Shown in pieces: positions 47,728-61,900 of a DNA stretch of 64,000 bases. Within the stretch, counting starts at the first letter, position 1, and each line of letters starts with the position of its first letter. Position numbers and translations under genes: made by a program. Where the stretch lies: positions 14,322,001 through 14,386,000 of the forward strand of contig NC_135252.1 in the NCBI RefSeq assembly GCF_964204865.1, given 5' to 3'. Under the pieces are notes generated by a model. The model worked only from the letters and a program-made list of their open reading frames with translations, made no database searches and had not been told where the DNA came from. The DNA is from Styela clava (Eukaryota).

Positions 47728-49949
47728 ATGAAGAAGATGAAAGTATACGGCGTAATTATTTTTAGGATATGTGTGACATTTGCTGCTAAAGGTAAGTTGT
47801 TGATAAGTGTTTAAGCGTTATCTCTAGTGCTGGATCAATCTACAGAAATGGGAAGTAATATATAAAAATCGATGAAAAATTTTCTAATTTTTTTAATTTC
47901 AGCTTAATTGGTATTCTGTTAATTAACAACTCCAACAATATTCGAAATCGTGGGGTATGAAGACAAGTTACTTATTTTTTTTACTACAGGTGACAAATGC
48001 TTTTCACCTGCTATTTGTCTAAAAAATGAACAAGTAACACCGAGCTGGATTCAAGTTCGTCCTATTGAACAATGCCACTGGTCTGTGTCCAAAGGTAAGA
48101 GCATGTAAAGAAACTTGCTAATAAATCAAAGCCTGTATATGTTATATAAGTACGTCGAGATATGGCTCTTTTTACCAACGTCGTACTTAGGATTACAGGT
48201 TATCAGGTAACAAGTTGTAAACGCGTTTCATTCTTTTTTATTCCAAACGCAATAGACTTATTAAATTATTATGAATTAATGAACACGAAAAGAACCCTGG
48301 AATTTTTTTTTTTAATTTTACCTTCTGGTCTATATATCTTAGCATTGTTCTCTTGTTACTCCAGGAAATATTTCTCTTCAAAATGAAAACAGTAGAATGA
48401 ACAAAACTATTGAAGAATTACAATTAAGTAAGCAATAGATATTTTTTAAAAAAAAGAGATAAAATTCTGAGAATATTGAAAATGATTATTTTGTAAGAAC
48501 TGATTTGTTAAAGTAATCCAGATATTTGAATTTGTCACAAAGTTTTTTGTTTTCTATATTTAATATAAACATATATAAATAATAAGCATTTATGTAAATA
48601 AACAAAAAAAAAACGTTCTATGAATATTATTTACGTAGAAACTATTCATTTTCAGCAATTCAGCTACATGAAACAAAAATGGAGAAAATGAAAGTGGAAT
48701 TTGGAGAGATACTTGAGAAATTTAATGCATCCATGCTCTTGCTACAGAAATATCATTCAGGTTGGTAGAGAAAAATTGGAAAAGCACCTTATCATCATTT
48801 TCAATTATATAAATAATAAAATACTATTAAAATAATAATATTCACGTATAGTAGGGGTCTTAAACCACGGGAACCTTTTAGGTACGAAGCAGTAAACAAA
48901 TAAGTACGAAATTATTGTTAACTTATATACATTTATATATATATATAAATTCATTTATTATTACCCAGAAACAACAATTAACAAATTGTTGATTTATTGA
49001 TTATCTTTTGAAAAGCTATTGTAGGTACGGTGTTGGGTAAAATTTCAATACAGCTCAAGCAGTGCGTCTTTAAAAAGTGTCCACGTTGTCATTTTTCTGC
49101 GTTGTTAATATATTTTCAATATTGCATCTTACCCTTAAGAAATTCTTGTTTTTGTTTGCCTTTCCTAACCTTCTCTATTTCCAAATAATGTTATATAGAC
49201 AAATCCGGAATGTTAGTCTGTGATATCGATATTCTTCTTACTCTTCAGACATGTTGTAGTGTAGTGTTTGATATAAACCAGAACAGGTTGCAATATCAAC
49301 GTTTGAAATTATATTACCTGAAATTCGGGTCTTATTTACTTTGATATTAGATCACGCGTAATCTTAATTTCCTCCATCGTAAATCAATATCTTGCCAATA
49401 ACGGTTAAACGAATTTTCAAAAAAACAATTCATTTTTTCAGATTGTGACGTTTACTACAGCGGAATGTGCTTCAAAATTCCTTTAAATAAACTGCCCACG
49501 AAAAAAAACTTCAACTTAACTCACGCTGTGGAATTTTGCAAAAAAATTGGATGGAAGCTCGCAAGCGTATATTCCGTTGATCATTACAATTTGATTGCAT
49601 CGTATGTTCGTACCAAGATATCGTCATCAATGTCTTGGACGATGATTTGGCTTGGAATGACTTGGGATTCCAATGTGCGTAAAATTAAGTAGCACGTTTC
49701 TTAACTTTTTGTTTCTACTGGTTAATATTATTATTAGTAAATATTGATTCAATTGCATTTTAGGCGGAAACTATGCATTTGTCAAACGGGGAATTGGCTC
49801 CAGAACTTCCATGGCGTGAAACTAATTCTTCCAAAAACATGGGATGGGATAAAATTGGGATGCTCGTCAAACTGGACGAAAACGCTATACAAGGAATAGT
49901 GACCGTGCAATCGGATAACATGAGACACGGAGCATTGTGCGAGAAATGA
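47728..49949 (+). CDS. Secreted C-type lectin-like protein: signal peptide, Cys N-terminus, coiled-coil neck and atypical CTLD
   Basis: Exons 47728-47791, 47990-48094, 48365-48427, 48656-48760, 49442-49674, 49764-49949. CDVYYSGMCFK..AVEFCKKIGWKLASV..IWLGM..GALCEK*, with a heptad-like neck (MNKTIEELQLTIQLHETKMEKMKVEF). Confidence 0.87.
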
Positions 49950-52900
49950 ATGAATTACAATGCTAGAATAGATGTTCAATTTTTTTTTGTGTATAAGAAA
50001 CTTGATATAAAAATGTGACACTTACATTGTTATTGAATTGTTTATTAGCAAAAGTATATAGAATGGCAGGAATCAAAAATTTAAATAATTTTCGTTATTT
50101 TTGACTACAGGGAGCAGGATCATCCTTGTACAGTGATGAATTTTGAACACTATTTTTCGATAGAAGTTTTAGATTTCAATTTGATGGCGAGCGATAACGT
50201 GAACAAGTTTTTATTAACGACTAACTATTATGTATTATTTACTCTAAAAATGTCTAAATTTTACTTTTCTAGTGTACATTTATTATATGATTCTAAGCTA
50301 AATTACTGGGAGTTAGAAATAGAGGGGTCAAAATTACATCAATTCTAAAACAGAGAAGTCCAGCACCTCGACGAGAAGATATCTGTATTTTCCCCTTTCC
50401 TCTCAATACATTTGTGCTATTGCACAAATTGCATGACGGTCTTCAATCAACGATTTTAATCAATATTTGTATTCCAATATCTGTCTGTAAAATGAACAAT
50501 CTGACAAGATAATAAAGATTTTTGAATTTATTTTATCTTCTATCTTTTTACGATTTACGTGTTATTATCATTTTTGGTGAAATTACATTTTTCTCTGTAG
50601 ACGCCATGATTTCATAATTATTTGTGGAAATAAATTTATTGTTCAAAAAGGCAACGTCAACAATTATGAGAATAAAATACAAATCCGATAGAACAAATTT
50701 ACAAACCTTATCAGGAAAATAAATAATTCATAGGGCCAGTTGCTTGTTTTATAAACTATTATGGCTATGGACAATTTTAGGTGTTTGTGAATGAGAACGA
50801 TCGCTACACAAGGTAATTAAACCATTTTAAATATGAATGTCATGATCTGTTTCCACGAAATAGCAAGTAAGTTTTTTCAGGCAAAACAAGATACAATTGC
50901 AAATATGAAAAAACAGAATAATGGTCATTTTAAGTTATTACAATAAATTTTTAATATGATAGAGATGGGTACAAATATACTTGCTATTTTGTGTGAAGAG
51001 ATTAAGCTATATACCTATTTATCTCTATACTACTAACTCGTTCGGGCATGCTTGAAGCAACTGGATCAGAAGTAGGAGGTAAGCAAAGTGAAAAGACTTA
51101 CAGTTCAGTATAAACAAAACCTATTATCCTAGTAGTAGTCTCTACTTTTATGAAGTTTATTGACCAAATTACTAATATTTTCAACATCTGCATTTTAAGT
51201 AACATTCTCACAATTCTTGCTTGTAAATAAATGTCGAAAAACTAAGAATTGCAATTGCGTTACAATCTATTATGCACTTTTTGCGAACTTACCTCGAAGA
51301 AATTGTTGGAAAAGTCAAAGACAGATGACCTGGGCTTAGTAATTTGAGTAAAATCCGAGACTAGAATGATCTGTGTCCACGTCGAATGGTAGTTTTACGC
51401 ATAATGAACCTGTAACAAACGTCTGAAAATCTGTGATTCAGACGAAGCTTCAACATGAAAATTATGGATTGCTGGCAACTATTAAATTGTCAATGATTGT
51501 CACCAGGCATGAATAAAATTCTCTGATACGCTAAACATTTTGAAGCATGTTTGCAGAAATTCTTTTTTCATAAATACCTACTGGAATAAACTTTCACCTC
51601 ATTTCCTGAAGTAAGTGCAAAAATCACAGTGGCATCACATTCGTGGCAAAAGAGAACTGCTTCACAATACGTACTTGTAACTGTTGTAATATCTACCCTA
51701 TTTTTCTATTTTACTCACCCAGAACAACATGCCTGAGTCCTTGTTTATCTATGCGTTGCTTGGTGGTAGCGCATCACTTTGCAAGCAAAATGGAGGCTGC
51801 CATTTTTTTTTATTAGATTCGTGATGATATACTAACTGGTCGCTGTTACCATTGAGCACCATCTCATTTATTTTAAGGCAGACTGTCTCAATGTCGATAT
51901 GGGTGGGACCGCCACATGTTATTGCTCAAAGGTTACAAAACAATTGTGATTAGTTAAAAATTTAGAAAGTCTGTCAGTTACACTGGAACTGTGTGAAGTC
52001 GACTATATATATAACATCTTGCTTTATATTGCTGAAAACTACAATCTTAAAATTTTGAAAATTTCAACGCATTTGGTAAGTAGTTAATGAGAAAAGCATT
52101 TGTTCGTAACAACAATAATGAGAATGAAAAAAAGAATTCTAACAACAACAACAACAACAGCATAATGACGACAAGAATCATGTGTGCATTTCGCGTCCAA
52201 TAAAAGCAAACTAAATATTTGCAAGCAAATCAACTCAAAAGTGAAATTTGAATTTAGAAACTGTTTCGGAAATTCGTGTTAAAATAAATTATCTCATTAT
52301 TTTATTAATACGAAATTCGAATGTAAAATCCATATAAAGTTTGTTTGCGTCAATTGCTTTTTTCACTGATCTAACAGGAGACAAGGATAGCTTTAATTTC
52401 GTTTCGTGTTGTTCGATACAACTTTTATTTTTGGCAACTTTATTTTTTGATTTAGTGATAAGAATGCCAACAAGCAAGTTTTTCAAAGTATTTCAAGTTT
52501 GATAAATGTACAGTATATTAAGTAAAATCTATCCTACGGGCAAAATTAATCGTGATTATTATTACTCGGTAATCTACTATATTAAACCGGGTCTTTTTAT
52601 GAAAAATAGATTATATGGGCAATTTTTAATAGGCTCACGTTTTTGTTTACAGCAGTTTACATCGAAATTGTTCGTTAAGTTCTGCATGATGATTCACGGT
52701 GTAACATTTTGCAAATTTGAATGTGCAAGTATACGAAATAAAATGAGTTGATCATTGATACAGACACCCCTATATGTCCAAATAATATGATTATTAATCA
52801 AGTTCACAGGCAAAATAGAGTAAAAGCATCACATTGGTTGCACTTCGGAAAATGAAAATAGAGGCAGGCAGTACATGCCGCGGCGATAAACAACTTTTCG

Positions 52901-52982
52901 AGAAAAAATGATGATAAACTTTTTAATTAAATTCTTTGCGGATTGCAGCTCATACTTGCACTGCTTGCGGGCAAAAAACATT

Positions 52983-55900
52983 ATGGCTGCCTTAGTAAAA
53001 TGTTTGATTGTTGTTACGCTAGTTTTTGCGCTTTTTGATGTGACATCGGGATTTAGTAAGTTATTTGACTTTATTAGATATAGAACATTTTACATACAGT
53101 AATATATTAATAGTCATATTTCGAATTTTCCCTGTCGTTGTGACTCAACTAAAATCACGATGCAAAATAAATTTGTCAAAATATTATAGATTCTAGCATC
53201 AATATTTTGCATTAAAACAACTGATTAAGACTGATTAATGCTACTATTGTTGCAATTCTGTTTTTTTCACGTTGACCGTGAATAATGCGTTCAGGCAATA
53301 TCACATTTGGGGGTACACCATTTTGTACTTTCTGGTCAGTTTTTTGTGAATAAATTTGATGAAACATTTTCCTAATATTATTATATTATTCTGTTTAGCT
53401 TTCGGATGTTTTTTTGTGCGATGCAAAAATGGAAAAGTTTGTAAATCTGGAAAATGTGTTGGTATGTATACAAAACAGATGCATGATACTTTTTAATTTA
53501 TTTTCATAAAGATTTTCAGTTGGCTGGTACTTCACAAATGTTTTGTAGATTTCATTTTATTTTGTGCTTGACGCCATTGTGTGTAGAAGAATGATTTTAT
53601 CATATCCGATTCAAAACCTGACAAGGTTTTGCATACGTGATCTGGGTTGAAGATGAGGTAGAAAATTTAACGTTATTCCCAATAAGCTAACAATACTGTA
53701 TGAAATATATCAAAATCTCTGTAGGATATGAACTCGTAAGTTTGAATTCAGACAAAGATCCGTGTTCGGCAAAACATTGTGGAACGGGCAAAATTTGCAG
53801 AAACGGGGAATGTGTGTGTAATAGAGGACAAGAAAAAAACGGAAAATGCGTTGGTAAGTATCATTCATTAACAGAACAGTTTGACTATGACTGATTTCAA
53901 ACTTATTGAAAAACCAACTAATCGTTGTTCTATATTTTACGTTTTGATTTCCTTCTCATTGTGCCCATTGATTAACAGAATCGTTTTATGGTTTTCAACA
54001 ACCTTGAACATAATATTCTTACGCAAAAAGAAATTTCCGGATTATACTTGGTAATGGTTAAAATGCTGTATTTATATTAAATATTATTTCAAGAAAAAGT
54101 TAAATCTGATTAACTTTTTTATTTTTTGTTGTTACCCTGTTTAATACAAAAAATTCTATTTTTAATTCTAATTTTTCTAATTCAATTTTCACGTTTCGAT
54201 ACAGAGGATGATGACAAATGCCCAGCAAAGCCGTGCAGTAGAGATAAGATTTGCAAACGTGGAAAGTGTGTATGTGAATCTGGGATTCAATTTGGAAGCA
54301 AATGCTACGGCGGTATTGATTTAATATCAATATAATAATAATAGCCAGTGCCACTCTCTTTTCTCTGGTCACATATATATGGACTTAACTAATCAAAGCG
54401 TCGACTTGCATTTACTGACAAGTGCAGAATAATGCCTTTGTATGGTTATGTTAAATTTTCTTCATTCAATTGTTGACAGTTTCTTTGCTCAGACACAGTT
54501 TTGCTTTACTTCAAAGTGATTACGCGGCATCTTCCCTTAAGCACATTTAAAAAAAAACATATCCGAGACTTATTCTGGGTTTTAAATGAGAGTAAACCTT
54601 ATGAATGAAACACATTATTATACATCTTGATATGTTGAGCCTTTATATGTTGCGTCAAACAAAATTTAAAGACGACGCAACTATAACAAACAATACTTGT
54701 TGATAGTTTAAATATAATTGTGATCATATACCGCCCTCTTATTTAATATCGTAATTAATAAACTTTAAATTTTATATAATCATTTCAAGTGCAATCTAGC
54801 ATTAGCAATAAAAGCAAAGAAACCAATATATAAGACCTGAAGATACAAAAATTAATCAAGAAATTTTCCTAAAAATATTTATTTTGTACATTAACTGTAC
54901 GCACCTTGCTATTCTAAACATATACAAACTGACATTATCTTGGTTTATATTTCGATTTTCGGTGGTGCCAGGCTGTACTGTACGGCTGTGGTGTAAAGTA
55001 CAAATAAATTTATATATTAACAATTACCACGCCTGCATTCACTTCAAAAATTCATATTTGTAATATAAAACAAAAAGATATTTTTGAAAATGCGTTTTCT
55101 GTGTCAAGAAATAATTGCAGAGGATGAAATTATTGATTACATACTTTATTGATATATATACCTACATTATCTTATTGATTACAAAAAGAAAAACAAAATG
55201 AATTTGACCCTTGAGTTGTTCATATCCCACTACCAATAGTATATATTTAGGCATAAACTTTAGTGCAAACAAGTATAGTTGTGATTACGGAAGGGTTTGT
55301 AAAAAGGGAAATTGCAGTTGTAGATCTGATATACTATGTTCAGCTGTGAATACTTGATAATACAGCTAGTTATAAATTTCATTTTTATCAAGATATTAGA
55401 TAAAATATGTAGTTTCATTGCCAATTAGCTATTTCCTGAGGCGTAAATCACCAACATAATTATGATAAATAATCTTCGGACCAAAGCAAAATATTATTAA
55501 CAATTGACTATAACCTGGTTTGAACTGTGGTGTTCTAAACATACATTATAACTACTTGTTGTTTTTATAAAAAAAACATTCATAAGCCCACACAGTCAGT
55601 TTGTATACAAAATATTCAAAACATCTGACGAATTTGGTAGACTTGAATTTTAAAATTATTTTAAAATGCGACCATATAATTAATCGCAAGCACAGCAAAT
55701 AAACAATCCAAGTTTTAGGTCCTAATTAATAGATACGAATAAGCAAATTTTTAAAAAAAGTTTAATATATGCATTATCAGTATACACTCTGACAACATGA
55801 ACGTATACAATCTGTCCTTATCTTTGTATAATTTTCGATTTCGGTCGTAAAAATAAATATTCATTTGTAATGTTCCCCACACCTTACATCCGCTTGAGAA

Positions 55901-58900
55901 AATTTATGTTTATGATATATATCAACAAGGTTCTGCTCAGCCTTGTTGTTGTTGTAAATATTTTTGCTGCTGAATATTGGCATATTTTAAAATCTTATAT
56001 GTATTATTTTTTTTTTTTTTTTATATTTTCATCATGCGTTTTTCTCATGTTAAGAAATAATTAATATTACATTCATATGTTTTAAAACAATAAACTCATG
56101 GCTTACAAAAATACCAAACTAACAGAGCAACAACAGATAAGACTCAACCCTAGTCATAGAACACTATTAATCTTTTTTTAGGTGTAGACAAATGCAAAGG
56201 AGTTGATTGTGATCATGGAAGGGTTTGTAAAAATGGAAAATGCATTTGTAAGTACGGATATCATGAATTTGGCAGCAAGTGTGTAGGTAAGTTGGAAATT
56301 GTCATGAAAAAATATTTTTTAAGTGTATGCCCAAGATCCAGTACCATTTAAAAAATATATATATATTCAAATTCAATCTCAAACTACTATAAGATTCATA
56401 GTATATATAAGTACTGCAAGGTGCAATATAAATTTTTCCTCCGGTTAATAAATTGGTATCGCAAAAAAAGAAAAAAGTTAAACAAGATAAATCGACGTAA
56501 AATATAAGTTATTAATCATATAAATAATATTTTTAACCTCACGGATAAATAATCTTCAGAATATATCTATGTATTGTGTCTTACATGAAAAGTACAAATT
56601 TTTATCACAATCTGTTTTTCATATGATCTTAGTATGTAAAGATCCGAAAAAGTTTGACGATTGTGCAACAAAATGTCCACCAACTTGTGGCGATTTTCAC
56701 CCCTACTGCATCAAATCTTGTGATTCAAGCAAATACTGCGTTTGTCCTCGTGGATACGTTGAACACGGTAATTCCTGTGTCAAGCCGGATCAATGTCCAG
56801 GATGTAAGTTTTTCCTTCGCGATATTACTGATCAAAAAATTCAAGTGTTGTTGCCACTTTCTTTCAAATGTGATTCAATATCTTGTTTTTAAGCAACCAT
56901 TGAATTTTATTCACCTTATTTAAATTTTTTATTATGGTCAATCATACACATCAAGAAATCATACAACCCAATCGCTAACACGGCATAGTGACGATATTTG
57001 ATATAAACGAAACTTGGACCTCCTGAAGTATGCGCACCAAGATGGCGCACAACCTGAACTCAGGTTGTGTACCAGATTAAGGTTCAGGTTGGTGCGCATA
57101 CTTCAGGAGTACCCGAAACTTAACCATATCATCAGTTTTAATATAAATGATAAAATATAAGAGATAAGTGAAGAACAGTGAGAGATTAGTCACATAACAA
57201 TTGTACGAGGGAAAATTATGGAATACCATAGAGCACACAAAAAGCACGATGCGATCTATGTGAAATAAATAAAAAATTGTATTATTTGTTCATAACTATG
57301 AAAAAAATTGACAACAGGTAAACAAAAATTGAAACATATAAATATTAAAAATGTCAAAGGTATGCAAAATATGAAATACGTCAGCAATAAACTTGATATA
57401 CAACTTGAATTTATTAAACTTCCAATTCGACAAACAATACATGCTTTGTAATTTAGATTGTCACGGAAAGATTTGCCCCCCGGGTTATAAATGCTATGGT
57501 TCCAAATGTGTCAAATCAGGTACGTACTTGAACGATTGCATACGAGTAAGATACATTTTTAATCAGAAATTGCGTATAGCCTAGATCCTAAAAGTTACAG
57601 AAGTTTATTTATGTTGCAGTGAATTGAGCGGGTTGCACCATGTTGGAAATGTTTTAAACCATTAACCTAGAACATTGATACAATTGAATAACTTTATGGT
57701 AGAAAAAATCAACTAACAGATAGTGCTAATAAAGTATTTAAGTCATGACGTAAACCATTGGTATTTGGTTTCGAAAGAAATTCAGCTATAAGATGTTATG
57801 GATTCATGCTAAAACCTTAAAATAAATGTGAAAAGCTATCATACAGTCGCCACCTTATTACTACATTTTTAATTTAACTTAATCAATTCATTTACTTTAA
57901 CAATTTTTTGAAATGGTATATTTCCTTATTAACAGATCCATGTTACATGGTAAAATGCGAAAAGGGGAAAGTATGCAAATATGGAAAATGTGTTTGTGCA
58001 CATGGTTACGAGGACTTTCGGGGAAAGTGTGTTAGTGAGTATGATCGTTAATGTGCAATGTGAATTTTATAACCATACTAGTACTTTTCTGAAAAGTCCC
58101 CAGTACATAGCCACAAGTAAGCACCTATACATTATGGTATTCTTATTCTAGAGTCAAATCATTTCACAATAAGGAAGTCTTTTGTCCAACATCTTCTGTT
58201 TATTGGCAATGCATTGTTTTAAACGTTCAGATGAAAATTGCAATAATATTGTACGATTAAACACAATAAATAATGTGGAAAATACCCATCGATTTCATAT
58301 TCAGAATGTCATCTACCGAAGGTATTCAACGACTGCGCAACAAACTGCCCAGCATCTTGCGAAAATTTGCATCCGTCGTGTACAAAAGATTGTTCCCGTG
58401 ACAGATATTGCGTATGCCCGAAGGGAAAGGTTTTGAAAACAAAAAGTGACAACAGCTATTGCGTATATCCGAAGGAATGTCCACGTTGTTAGTAAAAAAA
58501 TCTTTTTGTTTAATATTGAGCATGTTTTGTACGAACATTGTAAGAATTTTAATCCTAACATAGACATCAATTATTTTATATTAATTGACAAATTGCATTA
58601 GGAAATAGTATTAGATGTCGTCTGGATGGAAGTATAATCGAATGTATTGTGGGTAGTTATTCTCGTTTGCTCATATGTTTTCAACTTTTATACATTAGGT
58701 ATCTGTAAATGTATAATCCCAAACTTTCATAATTTTCAGACTGCTATGGAATAATTTGTCCACACGGTTACAAATGCTACAATCGAAAATGCGTTCTATT
58801 TTGGTTTCTTTATAGCTTTTATTTTTTGTCACTTTCTTCTAGTTTGTTAAGCTGAACAGATATCCTCACCAAGTAATAGGTATTCAGTCAATATTCAGTA

Positions 58901-61900
58901 ATGAGTCACGATTTTGAAACATAGAAATTGTTCCAATTTCCAGAACGTTACACGTTCCAGTCGTAGTCATTAACGGTTTTGAACTTAAACTTTAATAACA
59001 GATGCTTGCTACAACATAGAATGTCCAAAGCACAGTTATTGTAAAGATGGAAAATGTATTTGTGATGAAAATTACGTCTGGAAAGGTGATAAGTGTGTTG
59101 GTAAGTAATCTGTAAATATAACGAGCAATATCATTTAAAACAAAATATTAGCATTCATGATGTTGTGAGCAATAGCATATTAATTTCCGCGGAATGCTAT
59201 TCTACTTACAATTATGTTTTATTTGTTATTCAAAAATGACACAAGTTGTGATTGAAAATATTTTTCACAGATCCATGCCAATGGATAAAATGCGGATTTG
59301 GGAAAGAATGCAAATGGGGGAAATGTGTTTGCAAAAAAGGTTTCAACGAATTTCATGGAAAATGCGTTCGTAAGTGGCAGATTAAAACTACTACTATTAA
59401 TATTATGTAAACGTAATAACAGTGTTCAACATTAGTCAGGTATTTTTAATATTTATTTTTAGTAAAATCTGTCAGAATTATTATATGTATTGTAATACGC
59501 GTTGTTGGTATAATATAAGGAATATAAAAAATTGACGAATCTCCCGGTTCCTATTTCGTATCTGTGAAAGCACTTATTATACTTTGAAAAGATTACCTGA
59601 AAGTGAAACTAACAGCTTACTGTTTATGATATAAATATCATAGCTACAAGCAGCTGAAAACCGTATCCTACATACAATTATAACAACGTGCTATTATCAT
59701 TATGTTGTTAGTGGTATTATTTCTAGGCAAAATTAGCAACTCAAGCACGATTAAAACTGGTTGTCATTAAAAACATAATAGGACAAGATACAAAACACGT
59801 TAACTGCGAACTAACTGATAAACAGCCACTTGGAATTATTTCTCATAAAAACAATTCACGGAGATCGCCGATAAACGTTACATTATTGGTTGAACTTGAT
59901 CACAAAGAACTTAATTGCTGCTTCCATTGTGCCACTTTTTTAACTTGCCGTCACAAATGGACTAGAATTTATTATAACAAAATTTAGGATCATCCGAAAT
60001 GTTTTTCAGAGTGTCTTCCACCAAAAGTATTCAAATCATGCGCAACGAGATGCCCGGCATCTTGTGAAAATCTATACCCGTTCTGCACCAAAGACTGTTC
60101 TCGTGATAGATATTGCGTTTGTCCCGATGGAACAGTTTTGAAAACTAAAGACGATAGTAGCAGTTGTATCAGCCCGGAAGAATGCCCTCGTTGTGAGTAC
60201 ATTGTATACCATATTATAAATATATTATTTTAGTGATTCGTATATATCATTGAATCATATGTTCATACTTCTTCCAATTAAATGCCTCGTAGTTACAACA
60301 CTGTTGATTTTTTCTAGGCGGTAATTTTCGTATTGCAATAACGTATAGGGTTGTCTGTAATAATGTGATCGTTTATTACTCAATAAAATTATTTTCTCAT
60401 TTTTCAGTTCTATAGAATTCCAAATTGTTGCTAATGTTTAACCTTTGAAATATAATGTATTTACAGATTGCTATGGAAAGATATGTCCACATGATCACAA
60501 ATGCTACGATAAGAAATGTGTTAAATCAGGTACATAAATTATACGAATCCACGACGAGAAAAAAAGGGTGATGTAACAATTTACAACACCACGATGCGCA
60601 CATCGCAATGCGTGCAACCGTGAATCTTCATCTGTTTTTTTTTACACTTTTTAGATCCATGTAAAAAGGTAGTATGTCCGGATCACAGCAAATGTGAAAA
60701 CGGAGAATGTGTATGTGATGAAGGATATCAATGGAAAGATCATAAATGCGTGGGTTAGTGTTTGTTTAATTGATGAAAATTAATTTCTGTGATGAAATGC
60801 AGTATATACCGTCGTTGTTTGAGTGTCGCCTCAGATTATAAATCCCTACAGTGATGTCAATTCTGGTAAACACCAATGCTGTCATAATTTAAGCAGTGAT
60901 TTCTGATCAATGAACAAAAATATTTATCATGTACAGAATATCTTTCGGACGTTTGGTATTCGTTCAAAGTAAACTCATAAATTTGGAGATATTTAGTGAC
61001 GCTAAATGTTCAACATAATTTCTGCTATAATTTTAAGCTCACGTTAATTCATTTTTTTACAAGCCATCTGCTTTCATCCGAAGATTTATGAAGACTGTCC
61101 AACAGCGTGTCCACCAACGTGTGATGATTTGAATCCTAGTTTCTGTACGGATAATTGTAGGCCTGGAGTAAATTGCATTTGTAAACATGGTTATGTAGAA
61201 AAAAGCAAAACAAACAACCGATGTGTTAGAAAAGAAAGCTGCCCAGGATGTAAGTTCTACGTCATTGATTACAAATGATGAAACAACCATTTGGAAAAAA
61301 CAAACAAAGCCTAGTTTTTTATGACAGAGCACTATTGAGTTGTATTTGACAGGATAACAAAAATAGTTAAATTGTTTTAATTCTTTTTCACACTTATGAA
61401 AAGTAGAGAAATTGACTTCTTTTATAGAAAATAATTAGATATTGCCCACATTGCATATTACATTTTTTTTTTATTTAAAAACGTATTTATGATATAATTT
61501 GTGAATCTAATTCTACATAAATTGAAATGTGTTGAAAAAATATGTGGGTATATAATGTGAAATCCAAACTACCGATACGTGTATTAAAACCTTTTTAATA
61601 AAAAGTACTCCATTACAGTTACAGTCATTTACAGTTTTTGTGTTTTACTTGAAATAAGAAAATATTTTTGTATATTTGTACAATATATATTAAACTCTAA
61701 TATGATACAAAACAGATTGCGATGGAAAAATATGTGCTCATGAATACAAATGCTACAAAGATAAATGTGTACCAGAGGGTGAGTTTGCTGTCCAACATAA
61801 ATTATGCTCTTTTCCATATTTTTTAATTATAGCATAGTAATCTTAATAATCAAATGAGTATTGATCCCCAGAAAAACTGATTTATTTTTACATTTTATGT

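Noticed and set aside
50100-52900. Short ORFs between the lectin gene and gene B
   Set aside because: AT-rich low-complexity translations without motifs or splice support.
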